Positions 8,278-16,539 are shown, numbered from the stretch's first letter. The stretch: 64,000 nt of DNA from Vicinamibacterales bacterium (GCA_036507475.1 DATCJA010000021.1:9402-73401), one strand, 5' to 3'. The notes: generated from the letters alone by a model not told the origin. Numbers and translations: made by a program.

Positions 8278-9144
8278 CTATTTCTGTTCCGCGTCTGTTT
8301 TCAGCAGCCACTTGTCCGGGGGCATGTTTCCCTCCCAGCACGCTGATTCCAGGGGCTCCTCATCCGGTCGGCGCTTCTCCACGACACGCATCGTCCAGGG
8401 GCGGGTAAACACCGTCGGATCGTCGATTGTCGCTTCGTAGTTCATCGTGTCCGCATCGACGAATGCGATCCGCTCGACGATATGCACGTTATCGCTGAAG
8501 AAGTCCCCGGTGAAGCTGAGACGGGTTCCTTTCACATTGGTTGTATCGACAACCAGCGTGGTCCCCTCCCAGTGGCCGCGCGCATCGCCCATCCAGAGCT
8601 TCACATCGGGTGCGATATGCGGCCGGCCGTCGAGAGGAATGACGCGGTAGGCGTGATATTCATCCCAGATGAACACGACCGCGCCCGGCGGCTGAATGAT
8701 CCTGAACGTCGGAACGTTGGTGTAAAGCCGCGGGATGCCGCCGAGCAGGCACCGGTGCTGTGTGTCGATGTGCTCGGGCTTCGTCGGTTTGTCGTACACG
8801 GCCTCCTGCTGCTTCTGTCTCGCGGCCGCCCACGGCTGATACGGCACGAGGCCGTCGGGAGGATCGATGATCCGACTGGGAAGGCGGATATCCTTTCCGG
8901 TGATCCGCCGTTGCAAATCCGCGCCCCCGCTGATCGGGTTGCTCAACGAGACCGACCCGCCGGCCATGGCCGCCCACACGCCTTGTACGTCCGGCTGTCC
9001 ATCGGCCAGCCGAGCCGGCGGCCATGGCCTGGACACGGCAGGCCGGTTGGCGGCGCCCTGAGCGTCCTGTCCGACAGCAGGCCCCGCCGTCGACAAGAGG
9101 ACGACGCTCAGTCCAAGGGTCACGATCGTGCGTCCGGTTCGCAT
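8278..9144 (-). CDS. Secreted hypothetical protein, paralogue of 61704-62693
   Basis: Signal-like MRTGRTIVTLGLSVVLLSTAGPAVG. It shares blocks with 61704-62693: DG.PD.QG.W, PYQPWA, R.IPLDGRPH, W.GD.RG.WEG.TLVVD.TN, NYEATI.DP.VFTRPWT. Confidence 0.7.
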   Translation of the reverse strand: MRTGRTIVTLGLSVVLLSTAGPAVGQDAQGAANRPAVSRPWPPARLADGQPDVQGVWAAMAGGSVSLSNPISGGADLQRRITGKDIRLPSRIIDPPDGLVPYQPWAAARQKQQEAVYDKPTKPEHIDTQHRCLLGGIPRLYTNVPTFRIIQPPGAVVFIWDEYHAYRVIPLDGRPHIAPDVKLWMGDARGHWEGTTLVVDTTNVKGTRLSFTGDFFSDNVHIVERIAFVDADTMNYEATIDDPTVFTRPWTMRVVEKRRPDEEPLESACWEGNMPPDKWLLKTDAEQK

Positions 9145-9246
9145 GTGCGAGCTCCTGGTGCGGGATGGCCGGGACCAACTGAATGTGACGCTACAACGTA
9201 GGGCAGGTGTGGACGGCTGTCAATGGGACGGGGTAGGCTTCACGCC

Positions 9247-10407
9247 ATGCATCGCAACCTCGTCCTCTGTGCGACGTCGCTCAGCACCGCGGTTGCGGCG
9301 ATCTGGGTGAGCGTCGGCGTCGTGACCGGGCAGGCGCAGGAGCATGCGGCCGTGCCCAGATTTCAATACGATCCGACATTTCCACAGCCCCTTCCCGACA
9401 CATGGGCGATCGGCGCGATCGGCGGGATGGCCGTCGACAGCCGCGATCATCTCTGGGTGCTCCATCGGCCCGGCCCGCTGAAGACCAACGACCGCTTTTC
9501 GGGCGCGGGCGCGACGCCACCGAAGGCGGAGTGCTGCATTCCGGCACCGCCCGTGCTCGAATTCGACCCGAACGGCCGGCTGATCTCGTCCTGGGGCGGT
9601 TCGGGCGCCGGGTACGAGTGGCCGCAGATCGAGCACGGGATCTTCGTCGATCACAAAGACAACGTCTGGATTGCGGGCAGCGGGGACAAAGACGCTCAGG
9701 TCCTCAAGTTCACACGGCAGGGCAAGTTCCTGGCGCAGTTCGGCCACCAGGGCCGGAGCCGGGGGAGTGCCGACACGGAAAACCTCGGGGGGCCCGCCAA
9801 CCTGACGGTCGATCCGGGAGCGAACGAACTGTACGTAGCCGACGGTTACCGGAACCGGCGCGTCATCGTGCTGGATGCGGATACGCTGGCGGTCAAGCGG
9901 CTATGGGGGGCGTACGGCAACACGCCCGACGACAAAGATCTTGGTCCGTACGACCCAGCGGCACCCCCGGCACAACAATTCCGCCTGCCGCATAACGTGG
10001 CGGTGTCCAAGGACGGCCTCGTATATGTTGCTGACCGCCCCAACGATCGCATTCAGGTCTTCAGAAAGGACGGCTCCTTCGTCAAGGAGGGATTCATTGC
10101 TCCGAGGACCTTGCTGGCCGGTTCTGCATCTGGTCTCGCATTCTCGCCGGACCAGCGTTTCCTCTACGTGATCGATGGGGCGAACCACCATGTCTGGATT
10201 CTGCGGCGGGATACCCTCGAGGTCCTCGATCGCTTCGGCCAGCAAGGTATTTTTGGCGGATCACTGAACGTTCCCCACGCGCTGGCGACTGACAGCAAGG
10301 GGAACGTCTACGTTGGTGAGAACTTCGACGGGCGGCGATTCCAACGATTCTTGTACAAACGCATGGGCGCGTCGACGGGCAGACTGCTTCCGCCCGTCCG
10401 GCCGTAA
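9247..10407 (+). CDS. NHL-repeat six-bladed beta-propeller protein (peptidyl-hydroxyglycine amidating-lyase-like)
   Basis: Signal-like start. Repeated blades: VDSRDHLWVLHR, FVDHKDNVWIAGSG, ELYVADGYRNRRVIVLD, VSKDGLVYVADRPNDRIQVF, FLYVIDGANHHVWIL, DSKGNVYVGE. Confidence 0.8.
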   Translation: MHRNLVLCATSLSTAVAAIWVSVGVVTGQAQEHAAVPRFQYDPTFPQPLPDTWAIGAIGGMAVDSRDHLWVLHRPGPLKTNDRFSGAGATPPKAECCIPAPPVLEFDPNGRLISSWGGSGAGYEWPQIEHGIFVDHKDNVWIAGSGDKDAQVLKFTRQGKFLAQFGHQGRSRGSADTENLGGPANLTVDPGANELYVADGYRNRRVIVLDADTLAVKRLWGAYGNTPDDKDLGPYDPAAPPAQQFRLPHNVAVSKDGLVYVADRPNDRIQVFRKDGSFVKEGFIAPRTLLAGSASGLAFSPDQRFLYVIDGANHHVWILRRDTLEVLDRFGQQGIFGGSLNVPHALATDSKGNVYVGENFDGRRFQRFLYKRMGASTGRLLPPVRP

Positions 10408-10527
10408 TTCAGTTTGTCTGGTCGTTCGGAAACACCAGGGTGTTGGTGAGGCGGCCTCGAATTCGGAACTGCACCAACAGCCTGCGGATGGTGAAGCAGG
10501 GCAGAGGGGTTATCGAGTTTTCGGGTT

Positions 10528-10842
10528 GTGGGGTTTCAGTGGTGGCAACCGGCCGGTCTGATTGACATGCTGACGGGTGCGCTCAATATGGGTGCGGGGG
10601 TTGCGCCGTCGTACTTTCTCGAGGGGCTCCTCTGCAACGTCCCGAACGACAAGTGTGGTTCGAGCTACGAGGATACGTTCGTTGCCGCGTACAACTGGAT
10701 GATTCAAGCTGACCAGACCCAGTTTGTGTGCGCGAATGAGCAATCCTACCTCTTGCGCGACAACGACCCAGTCACCTGGCCCACAGCCAACGGGAAACAG
10801 CTTCTAGACGAGCTCGCAACCTTCTGGCGCGATTGGAACTGA
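10528..10842 (+). pseudogene. 3' fragment of a nucleotidyltransferase-like gene (SMODS/CD-NTase-like C-terminal region)
   Basis: PSYFLEGLLCNVPNDKCGSSYEDTFVAAYNWMIQADQTQFVCANEQSYLL...W matches my recollection of the C-terminal helices of stand-alone nucleotidyltransferases. No catalytic N-terminal part is present upstream. Confidence 0.4.
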
Positions 10843-10870
10843 ACCCGTTCCGTTCCAACCGCTCGGGATG

Positions 10871-11140
10871 CTAGCAGACGTGGAGGACGTACACGGCTTT
10901 CTCGAACCGAACCGTATACACGGCTCGACACGCGTTTCCGTCGTGCGACTCGACGATCTCCAGCACGCCGGGACCAAGGCCCTTCCACGGCTTCGCCGTC
11001 GGCGCGGTTCCGCCAAACTGCGCGATACCGAGAGCGTTGCCCATTTCCTCCTTGACCGCCGCGGGAAAGCTCAAGACGTCGCGCTTGGAGGACCGGACCC
11101 AATGCAGCGGCTTCTCGTCCGCGGCCAGGACACGTCGCAC
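10871..11140 (-). pseudogene. 3'-truncated copy of the HigB/Gp49-like toxin gene at 14999-15382
   Basis: About 88 percent of the aligned residues are identical to the 127-aa copy. Nucleotide homology spans 10881-11167 against 15123-15412. The last ~40 codons and the antitoxin gene are missing. Confidence 0.65.
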
Positions 11141-11390
11141 TGCACGAATATCCCACTGGGATAGTCAGGCAAGCACGCCTTTGTCCAAGGTCGGGTCACC
11201 AATCGCGCCCCTGATGGTCCGGCTGTTGGCTGCTGGCGGTGGCGATCACGCCATACTTGCTGGCCAGTCGATGCGCGCTACGCGCCCCAGCGGCGACGAT
11301 ACGCGTCAAGCACGCCCCGCTGGGGCCAGCGGCGATCCTATGGTGGTTTCGTCTTTGAGCGCACGTGTCGCTTCGACCAGTTCTCCACCC

Positions 11391-11747
11391 TCAGGCCTTT
11401 GAAGCGAGCGAAATCCTTGTCGTGTGTGGGAGGCCGCGCTTCAACTGCTCCCACGATTCCGCGCCGCCTTCGCGCTGTGAATCCTCTTCGAGCCACGAGT
11501 CCAGCAGGTCGATGACGGATTCGGCAGGCACCCGCGCCCGCGAGAGCCACGCGTCCTTGGCTTCTTCCAGGGCAGCGACGGCCTGATCCTGGGTCACGGT
11601 CGGAAAGTCGGCGAGGAACTCGGCAAGCGACCGACCGCGTTCCAGGTACTCCAAGAGCGTCTGGGCAGGCACACGAGTGCCGGCGAACACCGGGGTGCCG
11701 CTCAAGACCGCCGGATCGACTTCGATGACCGTCGCACCTCTCTTCAC
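11391..11747 (-). CDS. DUF433-family protein (antitoxin-like) with an unrelated ~50-aa C-terminal extension
   Basis: IEVDPAVLSGTPVFAGTRVPAQTLLEYLERGRSLAEFLADFPTVTQDQAVAALEEA fits the DUF433 pattern. The tail DLLDSWLEEDSQREGGAESWEQLKRGL looks like a different antitoxin fragment. No partner toxin lies downstream. Confidence 0.55.
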   Translation of the reverse strand: MKRGATVIEVDPAVLSGTPVFAGTRVPAQTLLEYLERGRSLAEFLADFPTVTQDQAVAALEEAKDAWLSRARVPAESVIDLLDSWLEEDSQREGGAESWEQLKRGLPHTTRISLASKA

Positions 11748-11879
11748 AATGTTCAGGATACACCCTTCGTCCGGTCAACTGTCAGGCGGCGGTGCGGTAG
11801 AATCTGCTGTGCTTCGACTTCGAACCGCTGGCGCCAGACTCGACCCGTAGGCACAGCGCCGATTGGAATCATCGCCCCC

Positions 11880-12353
11880 ATGCTGCATGGATACCTCGAA
11901 TGGAACCTCGAAGAACTCCGGGCCGCGATGCATCTCAATGCTGAGGACGTCCTTGCATACTTCACCGACGGCCGCCGGGTTTCGTTCATGCTTGAGCGGC
12001 GAATTATGCGAGAGGTCCTGGGCGGGCAACTGGCGGCTTCCGAGGGCGACGATCACGATCTCATCGATGCGCAAGGGCGCAAGTGGGAGGTTCGATCGAT
12101 GTCCGCAAGCGGAATTTACTTCCGTCCCAGCTACATGGCCGGATCTGGACGCCGCTTTGAGTGTGACGGATTCCTGCGAAAGCTTGGGCGGATTCACGGG
12201 TATGTGATCTCTGACATCACGCAGTTCCCGAGGATCCCGTACTGGCTCGTTGAGGCTGGCCTTGTTCGACAGTGGTGGGACCGAGGTCAGCTTTTGACGG
12301 CGAGTAAGATTCCCAGGGCGCGTGCCATCGACCTGCTACGTACGGTGCCATGA
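11880..12353 (+). CDS. PvuII-like type II restriction endonuclease candidate (157 aa)
   Basis: The segment SEGDDHDLIDAQGRKWEVRS aligns with the R.PvuII catalytic segment as I recall it (EGNDAVDNAGQEYELKS; D58...E68-x-K70), except that Arg replaces the Lys. A C-terminal SKIP matches the recalled NPKIP. Its stop overlaps the methyltransferase start (ATGA). Confidence 0.5.
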   Translation: MLHGYLEWNLEELRAAMHLNAEDVLAYFTDGRRVSFMLERRIMREVLGGQLAASEGDDHDLIDAQGRKWEVRSMSASGIYFRPSYMAGSGRRFECDGFLRKLGRIHGYVISDITQFPRIPYWLVEAGLVRQWWDRGQLLTASKIPRARAIDLLRTVP

Positions 12354-13639
12354 ACTCGAATCAACTCGCGCTATTTGAAGACGACACCCCATGTGCTCCG
12401 CGGCATTCGAGCGCGGTGACGCTCCTTGACGAGCTGCGCGCATTCAAGTGGGAAGGCAAGGAGACGCTCGTCGAGAGCACGACCGCTGACTTGAACGGGC
12501 ATCACGTATCGGTGCCTTTGCTCGTCAACGAGTTCTGGACGAGTCGTCAGCGCGCGGCGCACAGTCTCCACGAGGTGTCGTACCGGGCGTGCTTCAAGCC
12601 CCAACTGCCGCGGTTCTTCATTGAGCGTCTCACGGAGCCTGGACAGACCGTGTACGATCCTTTCTCGGGACGCGGCACGACCGCGCTCGAGGCCGCACTG
12701 CTTGGCCGCATCCCGGTCGCGTGCGATGTCAACCCTCTGAGCCGAGTCCTTCTCGAGCCGAGGCTCTTCCCGCCGTCTCTGACGCAGATCGCATCGAGAC
12801 TCGACGAGATTCCGTGGTCCCGCGTGGAGGGCCTTCGAGACGACCTCTTGGTCTTCTACCATCCAGACACCTTGGCGGAGATCTGTGCGTTACGGACTTA
12901 CCTGCTGGAGCGAGAGTCATCCGGCGAACTCGACCTTGTGGACCGCTGGCTGCGGATGGTCGCGGTAAATCGTCTCACCGGTCATTCGCCGGGATTCTTC
13001 TCCGTTTACACGCTGCCACCGAATCAAGCGGTGTCGATTGATGCGCAGGCCAAGATCAACATTCAGCGCGAGCAGACACCTCCGCGACGGCACGTGGCTC
13101 GTCTGATTGTGGCGAAGTCTCGCGCCCTCCTGAAGGACGTTTCGGCTGATTTCGGGCGGCGTAGCCAACGCGGCGGTACAGGCGGCTTGTTGGTTACAGC
13201 GCGTTCGTCGTCCACGCCCCAGATCGCGTCGAGTTCTGTGGATCTGGTTGTCACGTCACCGCCCTTTCTGGATGTGGTTGACTACGCTGGCGACAACTGG
13301 TTGCGGTGCTGGTTTTGCGGGATCGATCCTCGGGAGGTGGCAATCACGATCGCGAAGCGGCCCGGAGATTGGCAGGCGGCCATGCGGGGCGTGTTCAATG
13401 AGCTGTATCGTGTTGTGCGTCCTGGCGGGTCCGTTGCGTTCGAGGTCGGCGAGGTCCGCGGCGGCAAGCTGAGGCTGGAGGACTTGGTACTACCGGCCGC
13501 GTTGGGTGCCGGGTTTGAAGCCTGCCTCGTTGTCGTGAACGCCCAGAAATTCACAAAGACTGCCAACTGCTGGGGAGTTACGAACAACCAGAAGGGGACG
13601 AACAGCAACCGGATTGTAGTTCTGCGAAAGCTAGTGTAA
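12350..13639 (+). CDS. DNA amino-methyltransferase (N4-cytosine or N6-adenine). The SPPF motif favours N4-cytosine.
   Basis: Motif I VYDPFSGRGTTALEAALLGR comes first. About 200 residues later comes motif IV, VVTSPPFLDVVDY, followed by ELYRVVRPGGSVAFEVG. The order I, then a spacer (target-recognition region), then IV fits an alpha-like class. Confidence 0.85.
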   Translation: MNSNQLALFEDDTPCAPRHSSAVTLLDELRAFKWEGKETLVESTTADLNGHHVSVPLLVNEFWTSRQRAAHSLHEVSYRACFKPQLPRFFIERLTEPGQTVYDPFSGRGTTALEAALLGRIPVACDVNPLSRVLLEPRLFPPSLTQIASRLDEIPWSRVEGLRDDLLVFYHPDTLAEICALRTYLLERESSGELDLVDRWLRMVAVNRLTGHSPGFFSVYTLPPNQAVSIDAQAKINIQREQTPPRRHVARLIVAKSRALLKDVSADFGRRSQRGGTGGLLVTARSSSTPQIASSSVDLVVTSPPFLDVVDYAGDNWLRCWFCGIDPREVAITIAKRPGDWQAAMRGVFNELYRVVRPGGSVAFEVGEVRGGKLRLEDLVLPAALGAGFEACLVVVNAQKFTKTANCWGVTNNQKGTNSNRIVVLRKLV

Positions 13640-13653
13640 GTCCGGCGCTGCTG

Positions 13654-13851
13654 CTACGGAACCTCTTCATGACGAAAGCGAGCGTCGATTCTGGTGTTGA
13701 AGTAAGCACCCTTGGATGGCGCCACCATGAACCCACGGTGCAGGAATTCTGGCACGTCGAAGTAGCGGTAGACCCTGCCGTTGGTGAACTCCACTTCGAG
13801 GGTTCTGCTCTGTGGATCGAAGCCACGGAGGCGCTCCGAGGCCTCATCGAC
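13654..13851 (-). CDS. KTSC-domain protein with an unresolved start, possibly 5'-truncated
   Basis: GFDPQSRTLEVEFTNGRVYRYFDVPEFLHRGFMVAPSKGAYFNTRI fits the KTSC consensus. No ATG/GTG/TTG lies at the expected start. The 5' end abuts the recombinase remnant on the other strand. Confidence 0.5.
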   Translation of the reverse strand, partial: VDEASERLRGFDPQSRTLEVEFTNGRVYRYFDVPEFLHRGFMVAPSKGAYFNTRIDARFRHEEVP

Positions 13852-13981
13852 GCTATCGTCCTGATCCCAGACCAGGGCGCGCTGAGAATCGAGCTGAAAG
13901 GGAATCTCGCGGCCATGCTGTCGGCCGCCACAAATGCGAAGAGGTCGCCCGAAACAGGCGACCTCTCGCTGCAAGTTCAAA
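13816..13981 (+). pseudogene. C-terminal tail remnant of a large serine recombinase
   Basis: IEATEALRGLIDAIVLIPDQGALRIELKGNLAAMLSAATNAKRSPETGDLSLQV parallels VEATEALRGLVDAVVLTPAASGEELGIELRGNLAAMLGATVQTKRSSESDDLSLQV at 19730-19890. Confidence 0.6.
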
Positions 13982-13993
13982 TGGTTGCGGGGG
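13937..13993. repeat. Diverged copy of the tRNA-fMet 3' flank: terminator hairpin plus the last 12 nt of the tRNA (att-like)
   Basis: Hairpin GAGGTCGCC-CGAAACA-GGCGACCTC (13941-13965), followed by TGGTTGCGGGGG (13982-13993). This is identical to tRNA positions 19891-19902. Confidence 0.6.
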
Positions 13994-14033
13994 CGTGCAG
14001 CCATCGCTACTTGCGGATGTGGAATGGGGCGGC

Positions 14034-14462
14034 TTAGGCTCCACGCATCGGCTTCACGCACCAACGAGCCTCTGGCTCCAGACGAAAGTCCCGGCCACAT
14101 CTCAGCTCGAATACCACCGGCTCATCGCCATAGACCTTCGTGACGCGCAGAACGGAGGCCTTGCCGGCGACAAGAAGATCGTGACTCGCCTGGGAGGACA
14201 CCTTGAGCTGTTGCCATGCGATGTTGCAGGCTGCAGTCCCTTTCACCTCGAACTGCATCGGGTCGTTCCCATCCAGCAAGACCGCCAGATCTGCCCCGCG
14301 AGCGGCAACGACAAACTGACAGCCTGGGTGCGTTCGACGAAAGTGGGTCTTGACAATCTCAAGGGCGCGCCCGCCGATCTGATTGCTGCCCTCGCTTGCG
14401 GGGAAGCGCAGGTTGAGATCCGCGAATTCGTCCGGACTCAACTTCACTCGAAAGGTATCCAT
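14034..14462 (-). CDS. Small PD-(D/E)xK nuclease-fold protein (DUF3883-like)
   Basis: RGADLAVLLDGNDPMQFEVKGTA gives a D...E-V-K nuclease core. The following WQQLKVS...VLRVTKV...FRLEPEARWCV resembles the C-terminal part of DUF3883-type domains. Confidence 0.45.
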   Translation of the reverse strand: MDTFRVKLSPDEFADLNLRFPASEGSNQIGGRALEIVKTHFRRTHPGCQFVVAARGADLAVLLDGNDPMQFEVKGTAACNIAWQQLKVSSQASHDLLVAGKASVLRVTKVYGDEPVVFELRCGRDFRLEPEARWCVKPMRGA

Positions 14463-14673
14463 GCTCGTCGTGTAGCCCAGGTCAGGCGCCGGAATTTGGA
14501 CTCACTTTTGACTCTGGGATCCTCGGCCACGGTCGTGAAGTGCGTCTCGCGACTCTGCAGGCGTCCACTGAAGGTCACATCCTTTGCGAAGTCGAGCCAG
14601 CGCTCGACGCCCGGCGCTTGCAAAGGACCCGCGCCGTCGAGGACCGGTCTTGCGTTTCAGTGCCATTGGAACC

Positions 14674-15030
14674 TCAAGCCGCGACAACGCTGATTCGAGC
14701 AGCTTTCCGCGACCGGGGCTTACGCCGAATCACGATCTCGACGTCCTGGTCGAGCGCCGTCAGCAGATTCATCAAGCGTTCGACGGAGAAGCCCGCGAGC
14801 TTGTAGTGACGAAGCGCGGAGACCTTCGGCTGCGTGACTCCCAGCACCTTGGCTGCATCCGCTTGCGAGAGCTTCCGCTCCTCAAGCACCTGATTCAGCG
14901 CATACGCGAGGCGCAGCTTGGCCTGACGCTCTGCGGCATCAGGAAAGCCCAGGTCGGCGAAGACGTTTCCGGTGCCGCGGGTGATCGCCTCCCTCTGTTC
15001 AGCGTTTCGACTTGCCATAGTGCTCCTCAT
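14674..15030 (-). CDS. XRE-family HTH antitoxin (HigA-like). An alternative start is ATG 15018.
   Basis: TRGTGNVFADLGFPDAAERQAKLRLA followed by LSQADAAKVLGVTQPKVSALRHYKLAGFSVERLMNLL is typical of HigA-type antitoxins. It overlaps the 3' end of the toxin gene. Confidence 0.8.
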   Translation of the reverse strand: MRSTMASRNAEQREAITRGTGNVFADLGFPDAAERQAKLRLAYALNQVLEERKLSQADAAKVLGVTQPKVSALRHYKLAGFSVERLMNLLTALDQDVEIVIRRKPRSRKAARISVVAA

Positions 15031-15382
15031 AGTCTCTTTCGGCGGTCTTCAGCCGTTCGGCGACCAAATCAACATCGCGCTTCGCGGTTCGAATGCCCGA
15101 CGGCGACTTCTTCTGGAACGCATGGAGGACGTACACGGCTTTTTCGAACCTGACCGTATACACCGCTCGATACGCGTTTCCATCGTGCGACTCCACGATC
15201 TCCAGCACGCCGGGACCGAGACCCTTCCACGGCTTTGCTGTCGGCGCCGTTCCGCCAAATTGCGCGATGCCGAGCGCGTTGCCCATGTCCTCCTTGACTG
15301 CCGTCGGAAACGCCAGAAAATCGCGCTTGGAGGCCCCCACCCAATGCAGCGGCGTCTCGTCGGCAGCCGGAACACGACGCAC
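14999..15382 (-). CDS. HigB/Gp49-like (RelE/ParE superfamily) toxin
   Basis: PLHWVGASKRDFLAFPTAVKEDMGNALGIAQFGG...KPWKGLGPGVLEIVESHDGNAYRAVYTVRFEKAVYVLHAFQKKS is the phage Gp49-type toxin pattern. It lies upstream of, and overlaps, the HTH antitoxin. Confidence 0.8.
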   Translation of the reverse strand: MRRVPAADETPLHWVGASKRDFLAFPTAVKEDMGNALGIAQFGGTAPTAKPWKGLGPGVLEIVESHDGNAYRAVYTVRFEKAVYVLHAFQKKSPSGIRTAKRDVDLVAERLKTAERDYEEHYGKSKR

Positions 15383-15769
15383 CGTCCGATTATCCCAGTT
15401 CTGGGATAGTCAATCAAGCGATCGCTCACCAGAACCGCGTTTGATCATTGGCTTGCGCCTGCCGCCATTCTTCCAAGCTTGCGCGAGATCGGCTGACCAT
15501 GACGCGGCCAAATCGTGCGAACTCGAAGGGTCCGGCAGCGAAGTAGTCGTCAGGCGAACGCTCTCTGGGCTTTCGCTTCCGGTGCTTTGTTCTCTTGGAT
15601 CGTGAGCTCATACCGGCCCGCCGGTACCGCCTACTCGTCCATGTCGCGCAAGTCAGTACGGTCGACAACCGTTAGCTCTTGGAGATCGACGCCAAGAAGA
15701 GCCCGCAGTCGATCCGTGATGTCCGGCCGCGCTATCAGATCGGTGCCCTCACACATGACCGGCTCCGCG

Positions 15770-16327
15770 TCGACAGCCTCAAGGGAACGATGAACGCGCT
15801 GTTCCTGAAGGACCTGGCGGAGAAGACGCACCGGGGGCTGCGCGGACGCGTGGAAGCCGGCAAGGCCGGCGGCGGGCTCTGTTACGGCTATCGAGTCCGT
15901 GCGCACGATGACCGGACCCAACCGTATCGACTGGCGACCGCGAGATCGAGCCGACGGAAGCCGCGATCGTCGAGCGTATCTTCCGCGAGTTCGTGTCGGG
16001 ACAATCGCCGAAGCGAATTGCGAAGACGTTGAACCAGCAGGGCGTCGCTGGCCCGTTCGGTGGCAAGTGGAGTCCAAGCACTCTGTACGGAAACGCGAAG
16101 CGCGGCACCGGAATCCTGAACAACGAGCTGTACGTCGGCCGCATGGTGTGGAATCGCTTGCGGTACGTGAAGAACCCCGACACGGGCAAGCGCGTGTCGC
16201 GGCTGAATCCGGCATCGGAGTGGATCACGACTGCCGTTCCGCCCCTGCGGATCATTCCGGACGAACTCTGGTCGGCCGCGAAAGACCGGCAGAAACACAC
16301 GCGACATGCAATCACGACGACGGGCAA
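15770..16327 (+). pseudogene. Internal fragment of a large serine recombinase, frameshifted and truncated at both ends
   Basis: One frame reads SLKGTMNALFLKDLAEKTHRGLRGRVEAGKAGGGLCYGYRV. A second reads REIEPTEAAIVERIFREFVSGQSPKRIAKTLNQQGVAGPFGGKWSPSTLYGN...NELYVGRMVWNRLRYVKNPDTGKRVSRLNP...LRIIPDELWSAAKDRQK, with the shift near 15.94 kb. There is no resolvase catalytic domain and no zinc-ribbon or coiled-coil part. Confidence 0.65.
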
Positions 16328-16501
16328 GCTCTCGTCGAGGAGTTGGTTCGCGAGGCGATCGAGCGCCTGATCGAGTATGACGACTGGTTCGTTCGGGAGG
16401 TCAAGAAAGGCCTAGCGCAAATCGATCAGGGTCGCACGCTCACCCAGGAAGAAGTCGGCGCACGTCTGAAGAAATACCTGACCGATAAATCGCCTCGTTG
16501 A
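16328..16501 (+). pseudogene. C-terminal fragment of a ribbon-helix-helix-type antitoxin, joined to the recombinase fragment
   Basis: ALVEELVREAIERLIEYDDWFVREVKKGLAQIDQGRTLTQEEVGARLKKYL resembles the C-terminal half of RHH/ParD-like antitoxins. It has no N-terminal strand, no start codon and no downstream toxin. Confidence 0.35.
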
Positions 16502-16539
16502 TGACGGCGGTCGGCCAATACGCCTCGCGCAAATCGCAG

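Noticed and set aside
11165-11340. A possible HTH remnant (…AGARSAHRLASKYGVIATAS…) on the minus strand
   Set aside because: Only about 20 residues vaguely resemble a resolvase or transposase HTH. There is no start codon, and the similarity is too weak to call.
13812-14693. A 293-aa plus-strand ORF across the att remnant and the small nuclease gene
   Set aside because: It has shadow-ORF composition. It overlaps the better-supported minus-strand PD-(D/E)xK gene, and only its first ~60 codons correspond to the recombinase-tail frame neighbourhood.
15426-15668. An 80-aa minus-strand ORF between the HigB gene and the recombinase fragment
   Set aside because: Its N-terminus is highly basic and low in complexity, with no Shine-Dalgarno and no family resemblance. 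It is probably non-coding junction DNA.
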